Shown here: piece after piece, positions 27,389 through 38,286 of the stretch
How positions within the stretch are numbered: position 1 is the first letter of the stretch
Layout of the letters: each line of letters opens with the position of its first letter
Program-made: the position numbers and the translations under genes
Source of the DNA: an uncultured Chloroflexia bacterium
GTDB lineage: Bacteria > Chloroflexota > Limnocylindria > Limnocylindrales > CSP1-4
DNA length: 64,000 nucleotides
Direction: 5' to 3'
Assembly: GCA_963837825.1 (NCBI GenBank)
Contig: CAWIOR010000015.1
Span: 38,241 to 102,240, forward strand
The notes under the pieces: generated by a model
What the model was told of the DNA's origin: nothing
The model's database searches: none
Seen by the model: the letters and a program-made list of their open reading frames with translations, nothing else

Positions 27389-29369
27389 CGCGGGCCCCCG
27401 AGGACGAGCGCCGCCAGGCCCAGGGCGACCCCGGCGACGCTCGCCCCGATCAGCGCCGGCGCGAGCGCGTCGGGCAGCGTCCGCGGCAGCACGCCGCCGG
27501 CCAGCGCGTACCCGAGCCCGAGCACGCCGAGGACGAGCAGGAGGACCGCGACGGCCAGGCCCGGGTCGAGCGGCGGCGTCGCCCGGCCCTCGGACGATGC
27601 CCGTCCGCGTCGAGCGCGAACACGAACCGCTGGCGGGCGATCTCCGCCCCGACCCGGCTCGGTCGCGACGACCGTCGCGTCCCAGCGGCTCCCGGCCGGC
27701 AGGCTCGCATCGGCCACGAACGTCGGGGTCGGGCGCGCTGAAGTCGGGGCGCATCGTCGATCCGCGAGCTCCCGACGTCGAGATCGAGGCGCTGGAGGAC
27801 GAGCTCGACGACCGTCCCCTCGACCGGCGGCGGTCGGCAGGCCCGGCGACGAACCGGTTCGGCCCGGGGCGACCGGGCAGGATCGCGAGCGTCGCCGGCT
27901 CGGCCGAGACGACCGAGCTCGGCGCCGGGCGCGATCTCGATCGGCCGGTCGCGCGCCGGTCGGCGAGCCGCTCGTCAGGTTGGCCGTGATGGCCAGGACG
28001 GCGACGCCCAGGATGAGCTCGACGAGCAGCCGGCGCGACAGGCCGAGCCGGCGGCCGAGCTCCCGGCCGCCGTCGAGGTAGTTCAGCCAGGCCGACCGCC
28101 AGGGCGCAGGACGAAGACGAGGATCTTGACCAGCAGGTTGATCTCGTACGGCGTGTCGAACCCGAGCAGGTCGCGGGTCTGGACCCAGTCGGCATAGATC
28201 CCGGTCAGGGCGATGAGGGCGACCGACACGAGCGCCAGGGCCGAGAAGCGCGGGATGACCGCACGCAGCGCGCCCGGCTCGAGCCGGCTCTTGCCGCCGA
28301 AGTCGGTCAGCGCGCCGAGCATGACCAGGCCGCTCAGCCAGATGCTCGCCGCGGCCGAGATGGACGACGTCCATGGCGACCGGGACCGGCGAGCTGAACG
28401 CCGAGGCGTGGCCGCCGGCGGCGCGTGAGCACGAGGCCCGACGCAGCCCGGCGACGCCGCCGACGCGCCAGCGCCGCGGCCGGCTCCCCGGCCGCCGCCC
28501 AGCCGGGCGAGGACGAGCACGACGATCCCGCCGAGGACCCCGACGGCCGATCCTGGCCGACAGGAGCTGGCCGATCCGCGCGGCTCGCTGGCGAACCCGA
28601 CGTAGTCGGTCCCGCCGGCGGTCGCGGCGCCGCCGCCGGGCAGCGAGTCGGCCGCCACGACGACGCAGCAGCACGCAGCCCGCCGCGCCCGCCAGCGAGC
28701 GCGATCCCGGAGCCGTAGGCGGCACCCCGCGGGATCCGCCCGAGCGCGGGCCGCAGGACGAGCCAGGCGAGGATCGCCAGCCCGAACGGCGAGCATCGAC
28801 CCGCCGTAGGCGAGGACCTTGCCCTGGATCTCGGCCGCGGCCGCGCCGCCCGAGTGGCCGCCGTGCGAGGTCGCCGCTCGCCGCCCGTCGGCCCCGCTGG
28901 CCCCGCGGCCGTGGCCGCCGACGACGACGTTCCCGACCCCGAACGTCAGGAAGCCCTGGGTGATGTGCCCGTCGGCGGCCGACAGGGCGCGCCAGTTCAC
29001 CGTGTAGAGCGTCGTCGGCCGGGAGCGCGGTACCCGGCCGGGATCGGCGGCGACGAGGGTCCGCGGGTCGGCCGGGTCGGGTGCGCCGGCCCCGACGAGG
29101 ATCGCCCGGCCCGGTGCCGTCGAGCAGGTCGAGCGAGGTGTAGCGCGGGTCGATCGGCTCGCTGAACACGAGCCGGATCTCGGTCGGCGGCGGCGGCCAC
29201 GACCTCGCCGGCGCCCGGCGAGCTCGACACGAGCTGCGAGTGGCCGAGCGCCACGAGCCCGGCGGCGCGGTCGATCGCCGGTCCGGCGACGACCGGCCCG
29301 CCGAGCGAGGACGACCGCGGCCGCGCCGAGCGCGAGGAGCGCCCGGGACGCGGCCGCGGGTCGTCGCAT
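27385..29369 (-). pseudogene. CopC-CopD fusion copper-resistance membrane protein with a C-terminal extracytoplasmic domain; at least 6 frame breaks
   Basis: CopC-like fragments are ...ALGHSQLVSSSPGAGEVV...YTVNWRALSAADGHITQGFLTFGVG. CopD-like TM fragments are ...AASIWLSGLVMLGALTDFG...RFSALALVSVALIALTGIYADW. Start is ATG 29369. Confidence 0.75.
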
Positions 29370-29381
29370 CGACCGGCGCCG

Positions 29382-30009
29382 CTACGCCGCCGGTCGGCGC
29401 CGGCGCGGCGAGCGCGACGCCGAGCGCCGAGCAGCCCGACGACAGGCCCGGCGCCGCCGAGGGCCAGCGCGATCGTCACCTGGCTCGGCCGCGTCGGCGC
29501 CCTTCTTCGCCTCGGCCGACAGCTCGGCGGCGGTCGGAAGCGTCGACCGGGAACTGCCCGGACGGTCGCCTCCTGGACCTCGTTGAAGCCGGTCGGGCTC
29601 GAGGTGAACGACTCGTCGATCGCGGTGCCCTCGATCGTGCCGAAGAGGTGGAACGTGTACTTGCCGGCGGCGGTCGGGATGAACACCGACTCGTACCAGC
29701 CCGGGTCCTCCTCGCGCTCGATCAGCGGCAGGTCGCGCTTCGCCTCGCCGTAGATGACCTCGGCCTTGAGCGTCTCGTCGAGGCCGGAGACCGGCTGGTC
29801 GTCCTTGGTCACGTGGAACTCGAGGCCGCTCCGCTCGCCGACGAAGACGGGCTCGGCGATGAACCCGACCTCGAGCGAGTAGTCGCCGACGTCGCGCTCC
29901 TCGTGGGCGAGGGCCGGCGCCGGCCGAGGCCGACGAGCAGAGCCGGCGAGGCCGGCGGCTGCCGAGGCGCCGGACCGCGCGTCCGGCCGGGGTCGATGGA
30001 CAGGTGCAT
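29382..30009 (-). pseudogene. Hypothetical secreted, C-terminally anchored protein upstream of copCD (frame breaks present)
   Basis: Readable core is ...AHEERDVGDYSLEVGFIAEPVFVGERSGLEFHVTKDDQPVSGL...AGKYTFHLFGTIEGTAIDESFTSSPTGFNEV..., followed by a TM anchor. Both ends are approximate. Confidence 0.45.
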
Positions 30010-30107
30010 CGATGGACACTCCTGGGCGTGCGGCGCCATTCGGCGCCGCGGGCGACGGGCGCGCGCGCCGGACGACCGGGCCGCGGACGCGGCGCGCATG
30101 GCTGTGG

Positions 30108-30814
30108 TCAGGCGAGCCGGGGCGGCGCTCGTCCGGCATCGAGCCGGACGAGGAACCAGGCGTGGGCGCGGAGCGCCGCGACGTCGGCCCAGCGCGGGGC
30201 CGGACGTCGCGCGGCGAGACCGCGCTGGAGCGGCCGACTGGAGCCGCCCGGCGAGGCGGGCCTCGAGGACGGCGATCCGCCAGCGGACGAGCGCCCCGAG
30301 CGCCGCCGCGGCGAGGGTCACCAGGCGCGAGGACCGGCAGCGCGAGCGGGTACTCGGGCCCGATCAGCGCGCCGAGCCCGATGAGGTGGCCGTGGCCGGC
30401 GAGGTGCTCGAGGTTCTCCTGGACGGCGAAGGCGGTCGTGACCACGAGCCGAACAGGGGGAGCCACAGCCGGACCAGCTCGGTGCGATAGCCGGCGGCTG
30501 CGTGCGCGGGCCCGGTCCGCGACCGGGGCGCCGGTCGGGCCGCCCGAGCGCCAGCTCGCGCGCGAGGCGGCCGAGCCGGACCGCCGCCCGCAGCCCGAGG
30601 ACCGTCGCCGCGACCGCCGACCAGGACCGAGAACGACCGGCCAGTAGCCGTCGTGGCCGCCGGCCTGCATCGCCCGGGCGAACCCCGCCGCCGACCCCGT
30701 ACTCGGCGGCGAAGACCGCGTCGTGGGCCACCGCGACGGCAGACGAGGGCGAGCAGCGACGAACCGGAGCGCCCGGAGGAGCCGCGCCGTCGCGGACGAC
30801 GTCTCGAAGGTCAT
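30108..30814 (-). pseudogene. Hypothetical His-rich membrane protein (several frame breaks)
   Basis: Start MTFETSSATARLLRALRF. Fragments include HDAVFAAEYGVGGG, AMQAGGHDGYWP and FAVQENLEHLAGHGHLIGLGALIGPEYPLALPVL. No family was recognised. Confidence 0.4.
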
Positions 30815-30856
30815 CCCGGCCGATGATACGGCCGACGTCGCTCGGCGCGGCGTCGG

Positions 30857-31491
30857 TCACGGGCTGGCCGACGGGCCCGGCCCCCACAGCCCGAGCCCGG
30901 CGGCCCGGGCCGCCCGCTGGGCGGCGACGAACCGGTCGGCGTACTTGACGTCCGGCGGATCGGTCTCGACCTGGGCGAAGCCCCGCCGGACGAGCTCGAG
31001 GTCGACGAGCGTCCAGCGGTCGCCGTCGACGAGCCAGACGTAGCGCAGGAGCCGTCCGTACCGGTCGGTCTCGGAGACATCCTTCTCGAGGACGACCGTC
31101 CGGCCGTCGACGAGGGCCGCGTTCGCCCGGCTCGCCTCGGGACCCATCCACTGGACCGGCGAGCCCGGCTTGACCGTCTCGGGCGTGTCCATCCCGATGT
31201 AGCGGAGGTGCTCGTCGCGGCCGCCGAGCCGGACGACGATCGTGTCGCCGTCGACGACCCGGACGACCCGCGCCGTCTCGGTCGGCCCGGTCGGCCGGAA
31301 CGTCTCGACGCCGGCGCGGCTCGGGTGGCGGCGCCGGCCGACGCCGATGCCGCTCGCGGATCGTGGCTCGGCGTCGGTCGGCCGGGCCGCATCGCGGCGC
31401 GGACCCGCGAGCCGAGGACCCCGACGGCCGACGCGACCACGCCGCAGCGCCACGCGATCGCACCGAGACGACGGATCACGAGCCCGACCAT
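30857..31491 (-). pseudogene. Secreted thermonuclease (SNase-like) family protein (one frame break near 31375)
   Basis: ARVVRVVDGDTIVV...LRYIGMDTPE...DRYGRLLRYVW...LVRRGFA are SNase motifs. The signal-like N-terminus MVGLVIRRLGAIAWRCGVVASAVGVLG is in the adjacent frame. Confidence 0.8.
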
Positions 31492-31522
31492 ACCCCGTCG
31501 CCGATCGCCGACGGCTCTCGCC

Positions 31523-31528
31523 TATCAT
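31523..31528 (+). promoter_or_regulatory. Candidate -10 hexamer TATCAT, 9 nt upstream of GTG 31538
   Basis: A TANNNT hexamer lies next to the start codon with no Shine-Dalgarno sequence. Confidence 0.3.
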
Positions 31529-31537
31529 GGCCGTCCC

Positions 31538-32241
31538 GTGACCACCGTCCTCCTCGTCCGCCACGGCCTGACCGCGCTCACCAGCTCGACCCTCGTCGGC
31601 TGGACGCCGGGCGTCCCGCTCGACGACGACGCGGCCGGGCCCAGGCGGCCGCCGTCGCCGCCCGGCTCCGCCCGGTCCCGCTCGCGGCGATCGTCAGCTC
31701 GCCGCTCGAGCGCTGCCGGCGAGACCGCCGAGGCCGATCGCCGCCGGCCGCGAGCCGGCCCCGCCGTTCGAGCTCGACGAGCGGCTCGGCGACGTCCGCT
31801 ACGGCGACTGGACCGGCCGGCCGTTCAAGGAGCTCCGAGCGCGACCGGCTCTGGAAGGCGATCCACGCCGACCCGTCGTCGTTCCGCTTCCCGAACGGCG
31901 AGGCGCTCCACGAGATGGGCGCCCGGTCGGTCGCCGCGGTCCGCGACTGGAACGAGCGGCTCGGTCCGGACGCGACGTACGCCGTCGTCAGTCACGCCGA
32001 CCCGATCCGGGCGATCCTGGCCGACGCCCTGGGGCTCGGCTTCGACGGCCTACCTGCGGCTGGTCGGTCGGGCCCGGCGTCGCTGAGCGTCATCCGCTAC
32101 GGCCCGGACGGCGCGACCGTCCTCCGGGTGAACGACGCCGGCGGCGATCCGACCGACCTCCTCCCGACGAAGAAGAGGGTGCGGAGCGCCGCGCGGTCCG
32201 TCCGGCGACGGCCGCAGCGGGCCGTCCCGGCCAGATGTCGT
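31538..32241 (+). pseudogene. Histidine phosphatase (phosphoglycerate-mutase-like; MSMEG_4193-type); at least 3 frame breaks, 3' end uncertain
   Basis: VTTVLLVRHGLT (RHG motif), ...LAAIVSSPLERCRETAE..., ...YGDWTGRPFKEL..., ...AVVSHADPIRAILADALG... are spread over the frames. Confidence 0.75.
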
Positions 32242-32246
32242 AGAGT
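32241..32246 (+). promoter_or_regulatory. Candidate -10 hexamer TAGAGT, 6 nt upstream of ATG 32253
   Basis: A TANNNT hexamer lies next to the start codon with no Shine-Dalgarno sequence. Confidence 0.35.
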
Positions 32247-32252
32247 CAGGTC

Positions 32253-32811
32253 ATGCCCCGCCGCGTCTACACCTTCGATGGCCCCGACCGCTTCGTCGCC
32301 GGCACGATCGGCGAACCCGGGCGGCCGGACGTTCTTCCTCCAGGCCCGCAAGGGCGGCGACGTCGTCAGCGTCGTCCTCGAGAAGACCCAGGTGGCCGTC
32401 CTCGCCCAGCAGCTCGACGCGCTGCTCGACATCCTGGCCGACCGCGGCATCGAGAGCGTCCCGGCCGCGGCCGACCCGGCCATGGCCGACGACGCTCCGC
32501 TCGGCGAGCCGCTCGTCGAGGCGTTCCGGGTCGGCGCGATGGCCCTCGCCTGGGACGGCGAGCGACGACCGCGTGGTCATCGAGGCGGCCGCCCTCCCGG
32601 AGGACGGCGAGTCGTCGCCGGACGACACCGAGCGAGGATCCCGACGGCCCCGACCTCGTCCGGATCCGGATCGACGGCCCGACCGCCCGCGCGTTCGTCG
32701 AACGGGCGACCCGGGTCGTCGCCGCCGGGCCGGCCGCTCTGCCCGCGCTGCGGCGAGCCGCTCGACCCGCAGGGCCACATCTGCGCTCGACCGAACGCCT
32801 ACCTGAACTAG
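32253..32811 (+). pseudogene. DUF3090-type protein (at least 3 frame breaks)
   Basis: MPRRVYTFDGPDRFVAGTIGEPG|GRTFFLQARKGGDVVSVVLEKTQVAVL... and the C-terminal CPRCGEPLDPQGHICARPNAYLN motif. Confidence 0.7.
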
Positions 32812-32813
32812 GC

Positions 32814-33616
32814 GTGGACGCGCTCCGGCTCCTCCGCGAGGGGGAGCTCGAGGTGCGCGGCCGGCTGACCGTCTCGTCGAACGCCGCGCTCGTCGGGATC
32901 GTCGGCCTGCCGACGCCGGACGGCGAGGCGGCCGTCCGGCTGGGCGCACCCGGCGGCCTGCTCGAGCAACTCCTCGGCGACGAGGCCGACCCGAGCCGGC
33001 CGGAGCCTGGCCGCGGTCGTCTACAAGCCGATCGCGTTCGAGCGGCCGCTGTGGGACTTCCCCGACGGGACGCTGGCCCACCGCGAGGTCGCCGCCTACC
33101 TGGTCTCCGAGGCGACCGGCTGGGGGATCGTCCCGCCGACCGTCCTGCGCGACGGTCCGGCCGGCCCGGGGATGGTCCAGCTGTGGCTCGACGAGGACGC
33201 CGCGATCGACGCCTGGGAGCTGGTCGAGACGGACGACCCGCGGCTCCGGCCGATGGCCCTGCTCGACGCGGTCGCTCAACAACACCGACCGGAAGGGCGG
33301 CCACATCCTGCCGGTCCGCGACGGACGAGCGACGTCCACCTGTACGGCGTCGACCACGGCGTCTGCTTCTCGGTCGACCCGAAGCTGCGGACGGTCCTCT
33401 GGGCGTGGCGCGGGAGGCCGATCGCGCCCGCCGAGCTCGACGTCCTCGGCCGCTCCGGGCCGCGCTCGACGGCGGCCTCGGCACGGCGCTCGCGCGAGCT
33501 CCTCGACCCGGCCGAGGTCGACGGCGACCCGCGCCCGGCTCGACGCGCTGCTCGACCGCGGCCGGTTCCCCGAGCCGTCGCCCGACTGGCCGGCCGTGCC
33601 CTGGCCGCCGTATTGA
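32814..33616 (+). pseudogene. SCO1664-type (PI3/4-kinase-like fold) protein (at least 3 frame breaks)
   Basis: GTG 32814 lies 3 nt after the upstream stop. Fragments: ...VVYKPIAFERPLWDFPDGTLAHREVAAYLVSEATGW..., ...MVQLWLDED..., ...LYGVDHGVCF.... Ends WPAVPWPPY-TGA at 33614-33616. Confidence 0.65.
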
Positions 33617-33712
33617 CGGGTACGAACGGATCGCCGAGCCGTGGTACGCCGGGGGTCTGTTCCGGTCTCCCGCATCCGTGGGAGGGTGGGCGCCACGCCG
33701 GGGAGTGCGAAC

Positions 33713-34345
33713 GTGCCGATCCGGTTCGAGGCCTATACGTCCGAAGGGGTCCGTCGGGGGGTCGGCGACGGTGACGCCCGGCTGGGCGACCTGATCGAGC
33801 TCGAGCGCGAGCTCGGGTGACCCGGGCCACCTCGCCCCGCTCGACGGATCCGCCCCGATCGCCGACCCACCGGCCGGCGTCAGCGCTCGCGACCGACGAC
33901 CTGTTCGTCGTCGTCGCGCCGGCCGACACCCCGGTCATCGTCCACCCGGCCTGGCACGACGTCATGCTCGTCTGCGGCCCGTACCTGGTCACCGGCCGGA
34001 TGCCGACGATGCCCGGGCTTCGATCCGGCCCGCGCGCTCGCCCGGCCGACCGGCTCGTTCGTCCTGCTCGACCACGTCAGGCTGTCGCTCGCCGCGGAGC
34101 CGGACGGCGGCTCGATCGAGCACGGGCTGGCCTGGGTCAACCGCTACGTCGTCGAGCGGGTCGAGAGCGACCTCGAGCTCGGGTTCTTCTTCCCCGGCGC
34201 CGAGTCGATCATCGTCCAGGGCACGTACACCCCGGGCGCCGGGGTCGACCCGGCCACGCCGGCGCCCGCTGCCGACGGCCGTGAGCCCAGCGCCGAGCCC
34301 AGTCCGGCCGAGCCCAGTCCGGCCGAGCCCGAGCCCGGCCGAGGC
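33713..34345 (+). pseudogene. Hypothetical protein (frame breaks present; 3' end unresolved)
   Basis: GGGGAG lies upstream of GTG 33713. Fragments: VPIRFEAYTSEG...RLGDLIELEREL, DDLFVVVAPADTPVIVHPAWHDVMLVCGPYLVTGRMPTMPG, FVLLDHVRLSL...AWVNRYVVERVESDLELGFFFPG. A Pro/Glu/Ser-rich tail follows. Confidence 0.5.
34283..34340. repeat. Short tandem repeat (15-bp unit GAGCCCAGTCCGGCC x2, flanked by degenerate copies)
   Basis: Perfect copies at 34295-34309 and 34310-34324. Degenerate copies at 34283-34294 and 34325-34340. The array lies at a convergent gene junction. Confidence 0.85.
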
Positions 34346-35916
34346 TCAGACCGGCGGCGGGTAGCCGGTGATCCGGCGGATCGCGGCGTAGAGCGGCTTG
34401 AGCGCCGGGTACATCCGCCGGTAGACGTCGCGGTAGAGCGCGTCGTAGATCGGCGTGGGTCGCCGGGATCCGGGTCGCGCACCTCGACGACCCGGGTCAT
34501 CGCGGCGACCGCGGCCTCGAACGACGGGTGGATCCCGAGCCCGACGGCGGCGTCGATCGCCGCCCCGAGGCCGGAGGTCTCGTACGTGTGCGGCCGCCCG
34601 GTCGGCAGGCCGAACACGTCGGCGGTCAGCTGGACCGCGGCCGGGCTCTGCGACCCGCCGCCGGACACGCGCAGCTCGCGGATCCGGACCCCGGTCCGCC
34701 GCTCCGTCCGCTCGGCGCCCTCGCGCAGGGCGTAGGCCAGGCCCTCGAGGATCGCCCGGTAGAGGTGGGCCCGGGTGTGGACGTCGCCCCAGCCGATGAT
34801 CGCGCCCTTCGCCTCCGGCCCGGGGATCCGGACCCCGGGCGACCAGTACGGCTGGAGGGTGAGGCCCATCGAGCCGGCCGGGACGGCCCGGACGAGCTCG
34901 TCGAACAGGACCTCCGGCTCGACCCCGCTCGTCGGCCGCCCGGGCCACCTCCCGGTCGCCGAACTCGCGCTTGAACCACTCGACCATCCAGTAGCCGCGC
35001 ATCACGTTGATCTCGAGGCTGTAGGCGCCGGGCACGGCCGCCGGGTAGGGCGGGATCATCGGGATCGCCTCGACGTACCGCCGGTGGGTCGTGTTGAGCG
35101 TGGCGGTCGTGCCGTACGACAGCGCCCCGATCGCCGGATCGAGCGCTCCCGCGCCGAGGACCTCGCAGGCCTTGTCGGCCGCGGCGGCGATGAGCGGCAG
35201 CCCGGCCGGGATCCCGGTCGCCTCGGACGCGGCGGCGCTGATCTCGCCGAGCCGCCCGCCGGGCGGCGACCAGCTCGGGCAGCATCGCCGGATCGACCGG
35301 CGCGACCTTCCACTTCCAGTCGCCCGGCGCGCTCCAGCGGAGGCGCTTGTAGTCGAACGGGAGGTAGCCGACCTGGCAGCCGATCGAGTCGATCGACCGG
35401 CCGACGAGGCGGCGGGTGAGGAAGCCCGACACGAGCAGGAAGCCGGCCGTCCGGGCCCACACCTCCGGCTCGTGGCGGCGGATCCAGTTCACCTCGGCGT
35501 CGGCCTGGAACGCGGCGACCGTGTCGCGAACACCGAGCGCGCGGAACGCGGCCCCCGTCACGCCGCCGATCGGCGGGAGGCCCTCGGTCCGGCGCTGGTC
35601 GAGCCAGGTGATCGCGGGTCGGAGCGGGATCGCCGGCCGCGTCGACCACGACCACCGACGCCCGCTGCGTGGTCAACGCCACCCCGGCCAGGGCGTCGCG
35701 CCGGACGGCCGGGTCGGCCAGGACCCGTCTGGTCGCCTCCCCGAGCGCGCGCCACCAGACCTCCGGGTCCTGCTCGGCCCAGCCGGGCTGGGGCGACGTG
35801 TACGGCTCGTACGGGATCCGGGCCTCGGCCACGATCTCGCCGCGCGGGTCGATGACGAGCGCCCGCAGGCTCTGCGTCCCGCAGTCGATGGCCAGGACCT
35901 GGTCGGCGGCGGTCAC
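34346..35916 (-). pseudogene. FGGY-family carbohydrate kinase (xylulokinase/glycerol-kinase-like); at least 5 frame breaks
   Basis: N-terminus MTAADQVLAIDCGTQSLRALVIDPRGEIV...GWAEQDPEVWW. C-terminal fragments ...[25 protein letters not shown]... and ...LYRDVYRRMYPALKPLY.... Confidence 0.8.
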
Positions 35917-37561
35917 GGACGACGCGTCGACACGGCGTCCCGAGGAGCACCTCCGGGTCCATCAGTCCAGCCGGGATCGAACCGGCCGACGACGTCGCGG
36001 AGGGCGGCCATCCCGAGCTCGCCCTTCTCGACCGCGAGGTACGGGACGTGGTCCCGCCCGACGCCGTGCTGGTGGCTGATCGTCGCCGCCGTGCTCGACG
36101 ATCGATCCGGCTGGCGGCCGTCTTCAGGGCGAGCCAGCGCCGGTGGGTCCCCTCCGGGCGCGGCGACTGGCGGAACAGGTAGGTGACGTAGATGCCCGTC
36201 CCCGACGAGTAGACATGGGACAGGTGGGCGAACGCGTGGACCCGCTCGTTCTCGGCCTCGAGCCCGGCATTCAGCGTCTGGACGAGCGCCGCCGCGAGCT
36301 CCGGGCGCGCGGCTCCAGTCGGTCGCCGTCTCGAGCGTGTCGACCGCGTAGCCCGCATCCCACAGCGCGTTCCGCAGGTACGGGCTGACGGAACCGGCTC
36401 GCCTCCCACTGCCGCCCGAACGCGCCCCGGCGCGTGCACGCCGCCGATGCTTCCGGACGATCTTCGCGGCCTCGCCGGCGGTCGCCTCGGCGAGCCGGGT
36501 CGGGCCGGCCAGGCCGAGCAGGAGGAGGCACGGATCGGCGCCGGCGCCTCGCCGGCCGATCCAGCGCATCGACCAGCCCGAGCCGCCGCCGCTGGCCGGC
36601 CAGGGCCAGCGTCGTCCGGGTCTCGACCGGGGTCGACAGGCGGATCATCGCCAGCGGCAGGCGGGCGCCGGCCAGCTCGCGCACGATCGCCATCCCGCGC
36701 TCCCAGTCGGGGACGAAGACCGCGACGGTCCGCTCGTAGGCCGGGGATCGGGACGGTCCGCACCGTCGCCTCGGCGAGGATCCCGAGCCGGCCCTCCGAA
36801 CCCAGCACGAGGTGGCGGAGGTCGGGACCGGCCGCCGATGCCGGGATGGGCGGCAGCTCGAGCGTACCGGCCGGCGCCTCGAGCCGACCGCCGGCGAACA
36901 GCGCCTCGATCCGGCCGAAGCCGAGCGAGCGCTGGCCCGACGAGCGGGTGACGACCCAGCCACCGAGCGTCGAGTACTCCCACGACTGCGGCTCGTGGCC
37001 CAGCATCCGGCCGCGGGCACGGAGCGCCGCCTCGAGGGCCGGGCCGGTGACGCCCGCGCCGAAGGTGGCCAGGCCGCTCGCCTCGTCGAAGGCGCGGAGC
37101 TCGGCCAGGCGCTCGAGGTCGACCGACGAGGACCGGCGGCTCGCCACCGTGCGGCGGCGCCGAGGGCGGCGGGCGAGAGACCGCCGACGACGGTCGTGCC
37201 GCCGCCGTACGGCACGACCCGCGGCGCCGGCGTCGGCGGCGAAGCGGAGCAGCTCGCGGACCTCGTCGGGCGTCGTCGGGCGGCCGACGGCGTCGGGCAC
37301 GAGGCCCAGCTGGCCGCTGCGCAGGGCGATCCAGTCGCCGAGGCTCTGTCCCCGCGCGTGCCGGACCCGGTCCTCGGGATCGGCCGACAGGAGCCGGTGA
37401 GCCGGCAGCCGACCCGCCGGCACCGCCTCGACGACGTCCGCCAGGAGCGCGTCCGGGGTCGGCCGGCCCTGGCCGACGAGGCCCTCGAGCTGGGCGATCG
37501 CCGCACGAGGGACCTTCGTCGCGATCGACTCGTCGCCCCAGCCGTTCCACCGCCGCGCCAT
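35913..37561 (-). pseudogene. FAD-linked oxidase (alkylglycerone-phosphate-synthase-like); at least 6 frame breaks
   Basis: MARRWNGWGDE..., ...VVPYGGGTTVVGG..., ...GWVVTRSSGQRSLGFGRIEALF..., ...HLSHVYSSGTGIYVTYLF... are spread over three frames. The TGA forms a GTGA overlap with the kinase start. Confidence 0.8.
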
Positions 37562-37601
37562 GACCCCAATGGTGCGCCATCGACGCCACCCCGGCACGAC
37601 G

Positions 37602-37607
37602 TAGACT
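37602..37607 (+). promoter_or_regulatory. Candidate -10 hexamer TAGACT, 7 nt upstream of ATG 37615
   Basis: A TANNNT hexamer lies next to the start codon with no Shine-Dalgarno sequence. Confidence 0.35.
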
Positions 37608-37614
37608 GCCGGCC

Positions 37615-38277
37615 ATGGCGGACTGCGATTGCGCCGGCCACGGCAACGTCTTCTCCGAGCGGATGGCCGAGGCGGACCTCCGGCGCTACCTGCGCGACGG
37701 CCCCGACAGGCCGACCCGCGTCCTGACCGAGGCGATCCGGGCGGAGGGCGTGGCCGGCGCGACCCTCCTCGACATCGGCGGCGGCGTCGGCGCGGTCCAG
37801 CTCGAGCTGCTCGCGGCCGGCGCGGCGGCGGCGGAGTCGGTCGACGCCTCGGCGGCCTTCGTCGCGGTCGCCCGGCGGGAGGCGGAGCGCCGTGGCGTGG
37901 CCGATCGGGTCGTCCACCGCCAGGGCGATTTCGTCGCCCTCGCTCCGTCGGTCCCTCCGGCCGACGTCGTCACCCTCGTCCGGGCGGTCTGCTGCTACGG
38001 CGCGATGCCGGCGCTCGTCGGTCGCTCGGCGGAGCATGCCCGCCGGATGCTCGGGCTGGTCTACCCGCGCGACGCCTGGTGGACACGGGTCGGGGCACGG
38101 CTCATCAACGTCGGGTACCACCTGTTCCGCGATGACTTCCGGATCCACGTCCATTCGGAGCGGGAGATGGACCGGCTCATCAGGGCCGAGGGGTTCGAGC
38201 GTCGGTTCCTCCGTCGCGGCCCGGTCTGGCAGGTCGCCCTGTACACGCGTCGCCCGGAGGGCGCGACCCAGCCGTAG
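37615..38277 (+). CDS. Class I SAM-dependent methyltransferase
   Basis: The LLDIGGGVGAV motif I and overall size fit the family. An N-terminal CDCAGHG Cys cluster is present. The frame is intact. Confidence 0.8.
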   Translation: MADCDCAGHGNVFSERMAEADLRRYLRDGPDRPTRVLTEAIRAEGVAGATLLDIGGGVGAVQLELLAAGAAAAESVDASAAFVAVARREAERRGVADRVVHRQGDFVALAPSVPPADVVTLVRAVCCYGAMPALVGRSAEHARRMLGLVYPRDAWWTRVGARLINVGYHLFRDDFRIHVHSEREMDRLIRAEGFERRFLRRGPVWQVALYTRRPEGATQP

Positions 38278-38286
38278 CGTCGCCCC

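Noticed and set aside
22633-37561. Programmed ribosomal frameshifting or alternative decoding as an explanation for the frame hopping
   Set aside because: Breaks occur at dozens of unrelated positions, in both directions, with no slippery heptamers or downstream structures. They also fall inside catalytic motifs such as Walker A and CX2CX5C. Sequence error is far more parsimonious.
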